Of a stretch of 24,000 bases of DNA, positions 1 through 8,832 are shown piece by piece. The notes beneath the pieces were generated by a model. It made no database searches. It had not been told where the DNA came from and saw only the letters and a list, made by a program, of their open reading frames with translations. Within the stretch, counting starts at the first letter, position 1. Each line of letters opens with the position of its first letter. This DNA comes from an uncultured archaeon (lineage in GTDB: Archaea; Nanobdellota; Nanobdellia; Pacearchaeales; GW2011-AR1), in the NCBI GenBank assembly GCA_963845205.1, contig CAWJRC010000002.1:296214-320213 (forward strand), in the 5' to 3' direction. The position numbers were made by a program, and so were the translations under genes.

Positions 1-580
1 CGAAATTTGCTTGTACATTTATCTCTGGAAATTTCTTTCTCCAAGCTTCATTTGTCTTTTTATTCTCCCATGCATGGTCCGAAGTTGAAATTGCTGAAAC
101 TTCACAAAAACCAATAACAACATTAAGAAACTTAGCAAGAGTTCCACTTTTATCTATTTCATAAGCAATATAATTTCCTGCTATCTGTGCTCCTATTGCC
201 GAAGCATAACCTAGATCCCACTGATTATCTTTACAAAATTCATTGGCAATTGGATTACATTCTTTTCCTCCAAATTGTTGAATTCCAGTTTTTGTATAAT
301 CATAGATATCCCTATAAACTAATTGACAATTTCCTAGAAAACCGTAAGCATTTTCGTATACACTATAATCTATACCTAGTTTATCGGAATTATTTTCATT
401 AAGGTTTATACATCTTTCACTAATTGGGATGTAATCATTAATTTCGGATTTGTCTATCCATGCAAAACTTGAATTATCATTAGTTCTTTGATTGTCCAAA
501 ACCAAATTTTTTTCTAACCCATTCAAGTTTTGAGCATTCAAGCTTAATGCTAAAACAAAGGGCAATATCATTTTTTTCAT
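1..580 (-). CDS. Secreted hypothetical protein, partial (C-terminal end runs off the window)
   Basis: My own minus-strand translation from the ATG at the complement of 578-580 gives MKKMILPFVLALSLNAQNLNGLEKN... and stays open to position 1. The N-terminus is hydrophobic and signal-peptide-like. It is absent from the ORF track because it is open-ended. The + ORF 187..402 is its antisense shadow. Confidence 0.55.
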   Translation of the reverse strand, partial: MKKMILPFVLALSLNAQNLNGLEKNLVLDNQRTNDNSSFAWIDKSEINDYIPISERCINLNENNSDKLGIDYSVYENAYGFLGNCQLVYRDIYDYTKTGIQQFGGKECNPIANEFCKDNQWDLGYASAIGAQIAGNYIAYEIDKSGTLAKFLNVVIGFCEVSAISTSDHAWENKKTNEAWRKKFPEINVQANF

Positions 581-689
581 AAATTTTTATTAATTTTTTT
601 ATTTATATATCTTTCTACTCGTTACTACTAATTAGTTATTATTTTAAATAGGAGTGAAATTTTTTAAACTACTTTGTTTATAATTTATA

Positions 690-1193
690 ATGAACTCGCA
701 ATTTCTCTTTGAAAAACTTGAAGATTCTGAAGAATTTAAGCAATTTATTAAAGAAAATCCTAAAGCATATCTCTGTTCTGGCTTTTTTATAATTGATATG
801 GATAAAAATCCTGAAAACAAGTATCATTTTGATTTTTATGTTCCCAGCAGCAAAAAAACTTTTAGCTTTGAACTGGAAAACGGAATAAAATTAGTTCCTT
901 TAGAAAGAAATGATGAAAAAGTAATGGAAAAACTTTTGATGGAGAATCATTTTGATTTTGACGAATTGAAAGAAAAAATACTGACAGAGATGGAACTTAA
1001 ACAAGTAAAAAATAAAATCCAGAAAATGATTTTTTCTCTGCAAAATATAGAGGGAGAAGATTTCCTGTTAGGCACAATTTTCCTTTCCGGGTTAGGATTA
1101 ATCAGAGCAGATTTTGATATTAAGAATAATCAAATAACTGAGTTTGAAAAGAAATCTCTATTTGATATGATGAAAATTGTTAAAAAGAAGTAA
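690..1193 (+). CDS. Hypothetical protein (167 aa)
   Basis: ATG-initiated ORF from the track with no motif I recognise. Its stop codon directly abuts the stop of the convergent methyltransferase gene. Confidence 0.55.
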   Translation: MNSQFLFEKLEDSEEFKQFIKENPKAYLCSGFFIIDMDKNPENKYHFDFYVPSSKKTFSFELENGIKLVPLERNDEKVMEKLLMENHFDFDELKEKILTEMELKQVKNKIQKMIFSLQNIEGEDFLLGTIFLSGLGLIRADFDIKNNQITEFEKKSLFDMMKIVKKK

Positions 1194-1796
1194 TTATTTT
1201 TCAGCAACAAAAACTATATTCCTCTCTGGTTCTTCTTTTGAGGCTATTTTGAAGCCAACTTTTTCAAATAATTTGTAAATTTCATCCGCATCAAACAAAT
1301 AATAATACCTAGCTCCTTTATCTCGCCATTTTACAAGCCGTTCTTTTTTTCCATTTCTAAATTTTCTGCAATTTTTATTCCATACAGCAACATCAACCTG
1401 CGCTTTTGGTTTTAAAGTTCGGTAAAGTTCTTTCACAGCCTTTTCTCTATTCTTCTCTCCTTTAATGCAGTGCAAAACTGCTACAAAAATTGCTGCATCG
1501 AAAAAATTATCTCCAAAGGGGAGTTTTGTCAGATCAGAAACAGAAAATTCGGCATTTATTTTATTCTTTTTTGCCCGTTCTTTTGCAAGCTCGATCATCT
1601 TTTTTGAAAAATCAACTAGATACATTTTTCCCTGCGGAATCTTCTGCAGATGCCTTCCTGCACCGCTTCCCAAATCCAAAATATTTCCTTTTTTCCCCTT
1701 TAGAAATTCTTTAACATGAAAAGCAGGTTCTGTTTTGAATTCATACCATTCTTTTGCAATATTATTCCAAACCTGTTTCTGACTCAATGTTTTCAT
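1194..1796 (-). CDS. Class I SAM-dependent methyltransferase
   Basis: Motif I ILDLGSGAGRH, acidic residue after beta-2 (YLVDFS) and FDAAIFVAVLHCI are typical of the Methyltransf_11/25 fold. Confidence 0.85.
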   Translation of the reverse strand: MKTLSQKQVWNNIAKEWYEFKTEPAFHVKEFLKGKKGNILDLGSGAGRHLQKIPQGKMYLVDFSKKMIELAKERAKKNKINAEFSVSDLTKLPFGDNFFDAAIFVAVLHCIKGEKNREKAVKELYRTLKPKAQVDVAVWNKNCRKFRNGKKERLVKWRDKGARYYYLFDADEIYKLFEKVGFKIASKEEPERNIVFVAEK

Positions 1797-1835
1797 AACC
1801 TTGTTTAGAAATTGAAAGTTAAAAGTTTATTTGTA

Positions 1836-2300
1836 TCAGCCGAAATTTTCTTTGAAATCTTTAATCAGGCTTGTTTTTTCTTTTCTGTCTAATATTTCTT
1901 CGCTACGAATTTCTTTTTTCTTAACCTTTTTAACAAGTCTTTCCCATCCTCCCCGTGGGAGATACTTTAGAATACAAAATCTACCGAACTCTGAGTCTAT
2001 AACCGGCTTATATCCATTCCTTGTTAATCCAATCTCATCTCTTTTTCCTTGTAATACTAAATTTCCTACGGTTTGAAATCGGACACCGATTTCCTTTCCG
2101 GATTCTATATTGTTAACTTCTTTATCTTCTATGTATACTATTGATAATCCTTTATAGAAATAGTTATATAAATCAGTCCCATATATTTGTTCATGTTTTC
2201 CATATTCTTTTGCAATCTCGCAACAAGAATCAACTATATTACTTTTTTCTAAATTAGACCTAATTTTCTCTATTCTCTTTTCTAACTGGCTCTCCATCAT
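1836..2300 (-). CDS. Hypothetical protein (154 aa)
   Basis: ORF from the track (MMESQLEKRIEK...) with no recognisable motif. It is co-directional with its neighbours. Confidence 0.55.
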   Translation of the reverse strand: MMESQLEKRIEKIRSNLEKSNIVDSCCEIAKEYGKHEQIYGTDLYNYFYKGLSIVYIEDKEVNNIESGKEIGVRFQTVGNLVLQGKRDEIGLTRNGYKPVIDSEFGRFCILKYLPRGGWERLVKKVKKKEIRSEEILDRKEKTSLIKDFKENFG

Positions 2301-2334
2301 TCAAATTTTATTCAGAAGTCATTTAAATATTTTA

Positions 2335-3627
2335 TTAAGATTCATTCTCATTAAATTTGATCAAAGAAAAAACAGGGTATTTTGAAAGTTTTTCTCTTCC
2401 TTTCAGTTCAGGAAGCTCTATGGGGAAACAGCACTCTACAATCTCCCCTTCTAATTTTTCAATTAACTTGCATGAAGCCAAAGCAGTTCCTCCTGTTGCA
2501 ATTAAATCGTCTATAAGAAGAATTTTCTGCCCCTTTGAAATTGCATCTTTATGAATCTCAACTTTGTCTGTTCCGTATTCTAAATCATAACTTTCTGAAA
2601 TTGTTTCTGCAGGAAGTTTTCCTGGTTTTCTGATTAAAACTAATCCTGTACCTAGCTTTCCGGCAAGCATTCCTGCAATAGCAAAACCTCTTGATTCAAT
2701 TCCTGCAACAGCATCGATCTGAAAATTTCTGTATCTTTCATAAAGTATTTCAATTAATTTCTGCAGCCCTTCCTTATCTTTTAATAAAGTTGTAATGTCC
2801 CTGAACATAATTCCCTGCTTAGGGAAGTCAGGAACTGTTCTTATTTTATCTTTCAATTTTGAAATTTCCTGCTCTCTTGAAAAAGAATCTATAACTTTCA
2901 GCAAAACTTTTTTTACTCTTTCAACATTTTCCCTCATGATCATTCTTATAACTTCCCAGCTTGCAGGTTCTTCATCTTCTTTCCAGCAGTCATAGTCTGT
3001 TGACATTGCAATAACTCCGTAAGGGACTTCTGCTTCATTTGCTAAAATGCATTCGGGGGCAATTGACATATTTATTACATCTGCTCCAAATTGCCTAAAC
3101 ATCTTGCTTTCCGCCTTTGTTGAGAATCTAGGACCTTCAATTGTTACAACTGTTCCTTTTTTATGATTAGAAAATTTTAATTCTTCACAAGATTCAATTA
3201 ATTTTTTTCTGAGAACTTCACAAAAAGGTTCTGGCATAGGCGTGTGAATAGGGCCGAATTCAAATTTTTCGAAGAAAGTTAATTTTCTCTGCTTTGTGAA
3301 ATCAATAAACTGGTCAAGGATCACAAAATCTCCACGCTTTATTTCTTCTTTAAGAGAACCTACTGCAGTTGTTGCAATAATATACTTACATCCTTCATTT
3401 TTTAATGCGAAAATATTCGCACGATTGTTAACTTGAGTTGGAGGAATTTCATGCTTAAATCCATGTCTTGAAAGAATTACAACATCAACTCCATTTATTT
3501 TTCCTGTTATTAATGGAGAAGAAGGTTTTCCAAAAGGGGTATCAACTTCTATTTGCTTAAAATCTGAAAGAATTTCGGGATTTTCAAGTCCAGAACCACC
3601 AATAATCCCCACTTTTAACTTCGCCAT
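2335..3627 (-). CDS. Bifunctional S-methyl-5'-thioadenosine phosphorylase / adenine phosphoribosyltransferase fusion
   Basis: N-terminal ~250 aa carry MTAP hallmarks: [71 protein letters not shown]-terminal ~170 aa carry APRT hallmarks: [49 protein letters not shown]. The two parts form one uninterrupted ORF. Confidence 0.9.
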   Translation of the reverse strand: MAKLKVGIIGGSGLENPEILSDFKQIEVDTPFGKPSSPLITGKINGVDVVILSRHGFKHEIPPTQVNNRANIFALKNEGCKYIIATTAVGSLKEEIKRGDFVILDQFIDFTKQRKLTFFEKFEFGPIHTPMPEPFCEVLRKKLIESCEELKFSNHKKGTVVTIEGPRFSTKAESKMFRQFGADVINMSIAPECILANEAEVPYGVIAMSTDYDCWKEDEEPASWEVIRMIMRENVERVKKVLLKVIDSFSREQEISKLKDKIRTVPDFPKQGIMFRDITTLLKDKEGLQKLIEILYERYRNFQIDAVAGIESRGFAIAGMLAGKLGTGLVLIRKPGKLPAETISESYDLEYGTDKVEIHKDAISKGQKILLIDDLIATGGTALASCKLIEKLEGEIVECCFPIELPELKGREKLSKYPVFSLIKFNENES

Positions 3628-3678
3628 AAATTCGTTAACTTACTTTGATTTAAAAGTATTTTTGCGGTGGAGTAGATA

Positions 3679-3885
3679 TTATCTTTTTTTATAAGATTCT
3701 TTTGGATAATGTGATTTAAGATAATCTTCAAATTCAGATATATTCTCTTTGATAACCAAGGTTTGTTGATAGAAGAACATTGAACCTTTATGCTTTGACA
3801 GAAAATCATCTTCGATTTTATCTAAGGATTTTCTTGCTTTTTTCATAGCTTTTACAGCTGATTCCAAATGTTTTTGGTTTATCAT
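3679..3885 (-). CDS. Small hypothetical protein (68 aa)
   Basis: ORF from the track, charged and probably helical (MINQKHLESAVKAMKKARKSLDKIEDDF...). It lies immediately upstream of, and co-directional with, the MTAP-APRT gene. No homology recognised. Confidence 0.4.
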   Translation of the reverse strand: MINQKHLESAVKAMKKARKSLDKIEDDFLSKHKGSMFFYQQTLVIKENISEFEDYLKSHYPKESYKKR

Positions 3886-4003
3886 AAAAATCTCTTGAAA
3901 ATATCATTTAAAAGGTTTATGAAGGATAAATTTAAATAACAAATTCATTTAATATATTCATGGAGCAAAGAGGATAAATGAAACCAGAACCGGGAGCACC
4001 ATA

Positions 4004-4255
4004 ATGAGTTTTATGAATATAATGTGGGGATTTGGAATTTTAGGATTCTTTTTTGGACTGATAATGGCAGGAATCTGGATATGGGCCTTTGTGTTTTGGA
4101 TTTTAATGATTGTTGATTGCGTGAAAAGAAAATTTAAGGGGGACACAGAGAAAGTTGTTTGGATCCTTGTTTTGATATTCACTTACATTATTGGCGCACT
4201 GATTTATTATTTTGTTGTGAAAGATAAAGACAAAAAAAGAAAAAGACGAAGATAA
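4004..4255 (+). CDS. Small membrane protein, PLD-nuclease N-terminal (PLDc_N)-like
   Basis: Two hydrophobic helices flank a basic loop (WILMIVDCVKRKFKGDTEKVVWILVLIFTYIIGALIYYFV), followed by a lysine/arginine tail. This matches the PLDc_N small-protein pattern as I remember it. Confidence 0.6.
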   Translation: MSFMNIMWGFGILGFFFGLIMAGIWIWAFVFWILMIVDCVKRKFKGDTEKVVWILVLIFTYIIGALIYYFVVKDKDKKRKRRR

Positions 4256-4315
4256 TTCTTCTATACTGAAACTATATTAGGTAACCTTTAAAACCATTCT
4301 TATTGTAAAAAATAC

Positions 4316-5698
4316 ATGCTTCTCCCATCAAAAAATGAAGTAAGGAAGCCTACAAAAACAATCTCTGGAATTACTCCTGTAGCAGTTATGCTGCCTCCAA
4401 GAGAATGCAAGCACGGGACCTGCTTATACTGCCCCAGTCTGGATGTCCCGCAAAGCTATACTCCAAAAAGTCCTGTTGTTATGAGGGCAGCTGTAGTTAA
4501 TTACAATTCTTATGAACAGGTAAAAGCGAGAGTAAAAGCATTTGAGGCAATGCATCATCCGACAGAAAAGATTGAGCTAATAATTATGGGGGGAACTTTC
4601 CTTGAATACCCCAAAAATTTTCAGAACGATTTCATAAAAAATTGTTACGATGCACTTAACGGAAAAAAATCCAAAACTTTGGAAAAAGCTCAGAAATTAA
4701 ACGAGAAAGAAGAACATCGGTGTGTAGCTCTTTGCGTAGAAACCCGTCCAGATGAATGTATACAGTATATTCCAAGAATGAGAGAATTTGGGGTAACAAG
4801 AGTTGAACTTGGAGTTCAGATGCCTGACGATAAAATTTACAAAATGATAAAAAGAGGGCATAGTGTCAAAGATGTTGCAGACGCGACAAAAGCTCTGAAA
4901 GACGCAGGATTCAAGGTTGGTTATCATATTATGCCTGGCCTGCCTTCAAGCAATCCAAAAAAAGATTTGCAGCTATTCAAAAAGATATTTTCTGATGAGA
5001 GATTTAAGCCAGATCAATTAAAAATTTATCCATGCCAAGTTATCAAAGGTAGCGAATTAGAAAATGAATACTGGAAAAAGAGATACAAGCCTTATACAAA
5101 GGAGCAGATTGAAAAATTGCTTACAGAAATGTTGAAAGCTGTTCCGAGATATTGCAGAGTTATGAGGGTCATGAGAGAAATTCCGCCCGACTACTTGATT
5201 GCAGGAACAACAAGAATTGATCTGAGAAAAGATATTGAGAGAGATTTGAGAAAAAATAAAAGTGAAATTAAAGAAATCAGATTCAGGGAAATCGGATTCA
5301 ATAATAAAAATTTAAATCAGAATCTTAAATTAAAAATTACAAAATATAATGCATCTGAAGGAGATGAGTATTTTCTTGAAATTGTAAATGATGACGATGT
5401 TCTTTTTGGTTTGCTTAGATTAAGGATTATAAATGGAAAGGCGATTGTAAGAGAATTGCATGTTTATGGACAAAGTTTAAGATTAGGAGAAGAGGGAACA
5501 ATTTCACAACACAAAGGATTTGGAAAATGGCTTATGCTCGAAGCAGAAAAAATTGTCAGCGAAAACAAATGCAAGAAAATTTCAGTTATTTCCGGGATAG
5601 GTGTAAGGGAATATTACAAAGGTCTTGGATATAAATTGGAAGACAGCTATATGGTTAAAGAATTAAAACCAAAAGCCAGCATATCCCACAACGCTTGA
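4316..5698 (+). CDS. elp3: Elp3-family radical SAM / GNAT acetyltransferase (tRNA U34 cm5 modification)
   Basis: Cys cluster CKHGTCLYCP near the N-terminus. Radical SAM core motifs IIMGGTF, VALCVETRPD, GVTRVELGVQ. Elp3-type PGLP and LKIYPC. C-terminal GNAT motif QHKGFGKWLMLEAEKI. Confidence 0.85.
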   Translation: MLLPSKNEVRKPTKTISGITPVAVMLPPRECKHGTCLYCPSLDVPQSYTPKSPVVMRAAVVNYNSYEQVKARVKAFEAMHHPTEKIELIIMGGTFLEYPKNFQNDFIKNCYDALNGKKSKTLEKAQKLNEKEEHRCVALCVETRPDECIQYIPRMREFGVTRVELGVQMPDDKIYKMIKRGHSVKDVADATKALKDAGFKVGYHIMPGLPSSNPKKDLQLFKKIFSDERFKPDQLKIYPCQVIKGSELENEYWKKRYKPYTKEQIEKLLTEMLKAVPRYCRVMRVMREIPPDYLIAGTTRIDLRKDIERDLRKNKSEIKEIRFREIGFNNKNLNQNLKLKITKYNASEGDEYFLEIVNDDDVLFGLLRLRIINGKAIVRELHVYGQSLRLGEEGTISQHKGFGKWLMLEAEKIVSENKCKKISVISGIGVREYYKGLGYKLEDSYMVKELKPKASISHNA

Positions 5699-6412
5699 TT
5701 TGTCTTCTGTAACATCACCTGAATTTTTGTATTCTATTAATTTTGGCTTCCAGTTTTTTGTCTTGCATAAATGCATCATTATCATCAGAGGGAAAAAACC
5801 GCATGCATCAATTTTTTCAAAATTTTTGATATTAAGTTCTTCTATAAGTTTTATGGTTATTTTATCTTTTTTTACTGCGTTTTCATATGGAAGAAAATGA
5901 CTCAAATCTGTTGAGAAAATATATAAGGCCTTAATGTCCGAGATTTTTTCAGCAATCTCTTTAGCTTCTTCATCGGTTATTTCCCCTACCATCAAAGGCA
6001 TTATTTCTCTAATTCCTAATTTCTGTAAAAAAGGAATTTGGTTATTTATTGAATGCTCTTTTTCTATACCTTCAAATTTAAAATCCTTATTGAACAATTT
6101 AATTTTTCCGAGCGGAGTTTCAATCTGTTTTTTATTTGATGTTAAAACTCCATGAAGAGGGATGTAATGAGAAGGGCCAAGAACAATTGCTTTCTCTATT
6201 TTTTTATCTTTCAAAAGAGAAAAAGTTTTTCCCGCCACTTTTCCCGAAAATTCATATCCTGCATGGGGAACAATTAATCCGTGAATTTCTTTTGGACTTA
6301 TCTTGTTTTTTTGTGAGAGAAGTTCATCTAACTCTTTCATCAACTCTTTTTTATCTTCAGGATACCAATCCATAACAAAAATAGCATCATAAAGTTTATA
6401 GTTTTTTTGCAA
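5663..6412 (-). CDS. amrB: MEMO1-family protein (AmmeMemoRadiSam system protein B)
   Basis: WYPEDKKEL, GLIVPHAGYEFSG, LGPSHY and DLSHF motifs are typical of Memo. The track start at 6412 is a TTG; an in-frame ATG at the complement of 6371-6373 (MDWYPED...) is an equally plausible start. The 3' end overlaps elp3 by 36 nt (convergent). Confidence 0.85.
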   Translation of the reverse strand: MQKNYKLYDAIFVMDWYPEDKKELMKELDELLSQKNKISPKEIHGLIVPHAGYEFSGKVAGKTFSLLKDKKIEKAIVLGPSHYIPLHGVLTSNKKQIETPLGKIKLFNKDFKFEGIEKEHSINNQIPFLQKLGIREIMPLMVGEITDEEAKEIAEKISDIKALYIFSTDLSHFLPYENAVKKDKITIKLIEELNIKNFEKIDACGFFPLMIMMHLCKTKNWKPKLIEYKNSGDVTEDKSSVVGYAGFWF

Positions 6413-6450
6413 AAGATAAATCTTATAAATTCAGATGTGTATTTTTCTTT

Positions 6451-6990
6451 ATGAAAAAGAGGGGATTTGATCATTTTTACGAATCGACAGAAGATATACC
6501 TCTCGTGCTTGATTCTTATGAAGATATTTTTTCTGATTTTGATCCGCGTCCATATTCAGAAAGGGCGTTATCCGAAGATTTTCTTTTTGAATGCAAAAAG
6601 GCGGCTGTAGAAAAAAAAGGAAAAATCCATCTGAGATTATTCCTTCCAAAATCAAAAAGGCATCCCCTTGATGAAATAAAAATAAAGAAAAGATTAAAGG
6701 AACATTTTCACAAACATTTCCTAGAAAAAAAGAAGGACATAATGAGCACGAGACTGAATGGATTTACTTGGTCTGTTATTGGTTTTTGTATGATGTTTAC
6801 ATCTGCATTTTTTTGGGGGGAAGAAGGGCCTTTTGGAATTAATCTCCTAGTTACACTTGTCCAGCCAGCAGGATGGTTTTTTATGTGGGAAGGTTTGGCT
6901 AAAATTTTCATCGCACCAAAAGAACATATGCCTAATTATACTTTTTACAAAAAGATGGCAAATTCTACAGTTACTTTTGCAAATTATTAA
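6451..6990 (+). CDS. Hypothetical membrane protein (179 aa)
   Basis: Acidic soluble N-terminal half (DSYEDIFSDFDPRPYSERALSEDFL) and two or three hydrophobic helices in the C-terminal half. It sits between the Memo gene and the radical SAM gene. Confidence 0.6.
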   Translation: MKKRGFDHFYESTEDIPLVLDSYEDIFSDFDPRPYSERALSEDFLFECKKAAVEKKGKIHLRLFLPKSKRHPLDEIKIKKRLKEHFHKHFLEKKKDIMSTRLNGFTWSVIGFCMMFTSAFFWGEEGPFGINLLVTLVQPAGWFFMWEGLAKIFIAPKEHMPNYTFYKKMANSTVTFANY

Positions 6991-6994
6991 TAAA

Positions 6995-7855
6995 ATGAAA
7001 TTAGCAGAGTTGTACAAAAAAGAGAACGGAAAAATAAGATGTTTTGCCTGTGCGCAAAGATGTATGATTTCTGAAGGCAGAACCGGAATTTGTGGAGTAA
7101 GGAAAAATATTGGAAATAAATTATATCTCTTGGTTTACGGGAGAGTTGCTTCAATGAATATCGATCCCATTGAAAAAAAGCCATTATACAATTTTTTGCC
7201 GAACACATACAGTTTTTCTATAGGAACAATCGGATGCAATTTCAGATGCGATTTTTGCCAGAATTTTGAGATATCACAGGCCGGAAAAGAAGGGATGATT
7301 TTCGGTGAAAAAATCACCCCCAAAGAAATTGTTGAAAAGGCAATTCAGGCAAAATGCGAGAGCATATCTTATACTTATAACGAACCCGCAATTTTTATCG
7401 AATTTGTAAAAGACATTGCGAAAATTGCCAAAATGAAAAAACTGAAGAATGTTCTAGTCACAAATGGTTTTTTTACTAAGAAATCATTTGATTATATCTC
7501 GGATTATGTTGATGCTATGAACATTGACTTAAAATCTTTCAGCGAAGATTTTTACAGAAAAATTTGCGGTGCCAGATTAGAGCCTGTTCTTGATACAATA
7601 AAGATGGCGCATGAAAAAGGGATTCATATTGAACTTACGACTTTAGTAATTCCTGGTGAAAATGATTCTGAAAAAGAATTTGAAAAAATTGCGAAATTTA
7701 TTGCATCTGTAGATAAGAATATTCCTTGGCATATCTCTAGATTTTTTCCAATGTACAAAATGCTTGGCAAGGATATAACTCCCATTTCAACCTTGAAAAA
7801 GGCAGAAAAAATTGGTAAGAAATATTTAAATTACGTTTATGTCGGGAATGTATGA
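6995..7855 (+). CDS. amrS: AmmeMemoRadiSam system radical SAM enzyme (PflA-like activase fold)
   Basis: MKLAELYKKENGKIRCFACAQRC...GICGVR N-terminal Cys motif, then the radical SAM CNFRCDFCQN (CxxxCxxC). I moved the start from the track's 6857 to the in-frame ATG at 6995, because the first 46 codons overlap the preceding gene and look non-coding. Confidence 0.85.
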   Translation: MKLAELYKKENGKIRCFACAQRCMISEGRTGICGVRKNIGNKLYLLVYGRVASMNIDPIEKKPLYNFLPNTYSFSIGTIGCNFRCDFCQNFEISQAGKEGMIFGEKITPKEIVEKAIQAKCESISYTYNEPAIFIEFVKDIAKIAKMKKLKNVLVTNGFFTKKSFDYISDYVDAMNIDLKSFSEDFYRKICGARLEPVLDTIKMAHEKGIHIELTTLVIPGENDSEKEFEKIAKFIASVDKNIPWHISRFFPMYKMLGKDITPISTLKKAEKIGKKYLNYVYVGNV

Positions 7856-8391
7856 TGAAGAAATATAATGAACTCTTGAAACTTAGCCGAAATGCAATTG
7901 AATCTAAACTAGACAATAAACAATTGAAGATTTCAGAAACTATAAAGAAGAAATATTCTGAAAAAAAAGCAAGTTTTGTTACGCTAACTGAGCATGGCGA
8001 ACTAAGGGGGTGTATTGGAAGTCTGTATCTACGGCAAGAATTGTATAAAGACGTTTCTGAAAATGCAATTCATTCAGCATTTGATGATCCGAGATTTACT
8101 ACTCTAGACAAAAATGAATTATCCAAGATAAAAATAGAAGTTTCTGTTCTATCTGTTCCTGAAAAAATTAATTTTAAAAATGAAACTGAACTCCTGAAAA
8201 AAATTGACAGAAAAATGGGACTGATCTTGGAAAATGGATATAATTCCGCAACCTTTCTCCCACAGGTTTGGGAGCAGATTTCTGATAAAGTTGATTTTTT
8301 AGAAGAACTTTCAATGAAAGCAGGTTTAGGAAAAGATGCATGGAAAAATTCTGAGATTTATTTCTATAGGGTTGAAAACGTAAAAGAATAA
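7852..8391 (+). CDS. amrA: AMMECR1 domain protein (AmmeMemoRadiSam system protein A)
   Basis: FVTLTEHGELRGCIGS...AIHSAFDDPRF and ATFLPQVWE motifs. ATGA start/stop overlap with amrS. Confidence 0.85.
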   Translation: MMKKYNELLKLSRNAIESKLDNKQLKISETIKKKYSEKKASFVTLTEHGELRGCIGSLYLRQELYKDVSENAIHSAFDDPRFTTLDKNELSKIKIEVSVLSVPEKINFKNETELLKKIDRKMGLILENGYNSATFLPQVWEQISDKVDFLEELSMKAGLGKDAWKNSEIYFYRVENVKE

Positions 8392-8495
8392 TCTTGTATG
8401 GGCCCGTCCGAGTATTTAGAAAACAATGGTCTTACTCATAAAAAATTGTAAAATTAAATAGAAAAGATTAAGAAATTAATTCACTTGTATTTCTT

Positions 8496-8789
8496 ATGAA
8501 AAAAATATGGATATTTGTCATTATTTTCGGCTTTCTTATAATCTTATTTAGTGTTCTATTAGGAAAACCAAATAGTATAAGTCTTACTCCTACCTTCCCA
8601 TTTATTTCTCTAAGTTGGAGTTCTCCTCCCAGTTCTGTTTATACTAATAACAATGAAACATCTAAAGGAATAGTAGCTAATGGAGGAAGTAATATTTATA
8701 TCGGAAATAATACCATTGTCGGATTTGATATAGGAATTGATGCTGAAAATGTCACTAATCTAACTACTGTAAATAATAACATTAAATAA
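8496..8789 (+). CDS. Short membrane-anchored hypothetical protein, possibly the remnant of a beta-helix surface protein
   Basis: N-terminal TM/signal segment (MKKIWIFVIIFGFLIILFSVLL), then NIYIGNNTIVGFDIGIDAENVTNLTTVNNNI, which resembles one or two parallel beta-helix turns. At 97 aa it may be truncated. Confidence 0.35.
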   Translation: MKKIWIFVIIFGFLIILFSVLLGKPNSISLTPTFPFISLSWSSPPSSVYTNNNETSKGIVANGGSNIYIGNNTIVGFDIGIDAENVTNLTTVNNNIK

Positions 8790-8832
8790 ATTTTAGTTTT
8801 ACAAATAATTAAAATTACCCCCTAATTCTTAA

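Noticed and set aside
187-402. 71-aa + strand ORF at the left edge
   Set aside because: It is antisense to the longer open-ended minus-strand ORF (1..580), which has a proper ATG and a signal-peptide-like N-terminus. The + ORF sequence is low-complexity.
1465-1719. Antisense ORFs within the methyltransferase, MTAP-APRT, Memo and GT4 genes (for example 1465..1719, 2357..2554, 2795..2995, 5700..6375, 18379..18720)
   Set aside because: Each is fully contained in a longer opposite-strand ORF that has clear family motifs. They are typical shadow ORFs of AT-rich DNA.
3978-3991. The 14-nt string atgaaaccagaacc occurs at 3978-3991 and again at 13573-13586, each just upstream of a small membrane/secreted protein gene (possible MKPEP upstream ORF or shared regulatory element)
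   Set aside because: One exact 14-mer match is roughly what chance predicts for all pairs in 24 kb. The flanks do not align, and the two putative uORFs differ in length and in relation to the downstream start.
6857-6994. 5' extension of the amrS ORF (track start at 6857)
   Set aside because: The first 46 codons overlap the 3' end of the 6451..6990 gene in another frame and give an odd sequence (MSSQQDGFLCGKVWLKF...). The family-typical N-terminus MKLAELYKK...CFACAQRC starts at the in-frame ATG at 6995.
8398-8416. tgggcccgtccgagtattt resembles the tRNA-Glu 3' end (tgccccgtccgggattc), a possible att-site duplication bracketing a small integrated remnant at 8.4-8.83 kb
   Set aside because: Only about 10-11 of 13 core positions match, with an indel. 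No integrase or other mobile-element gene lies between the two sites. The match is too weak to call.
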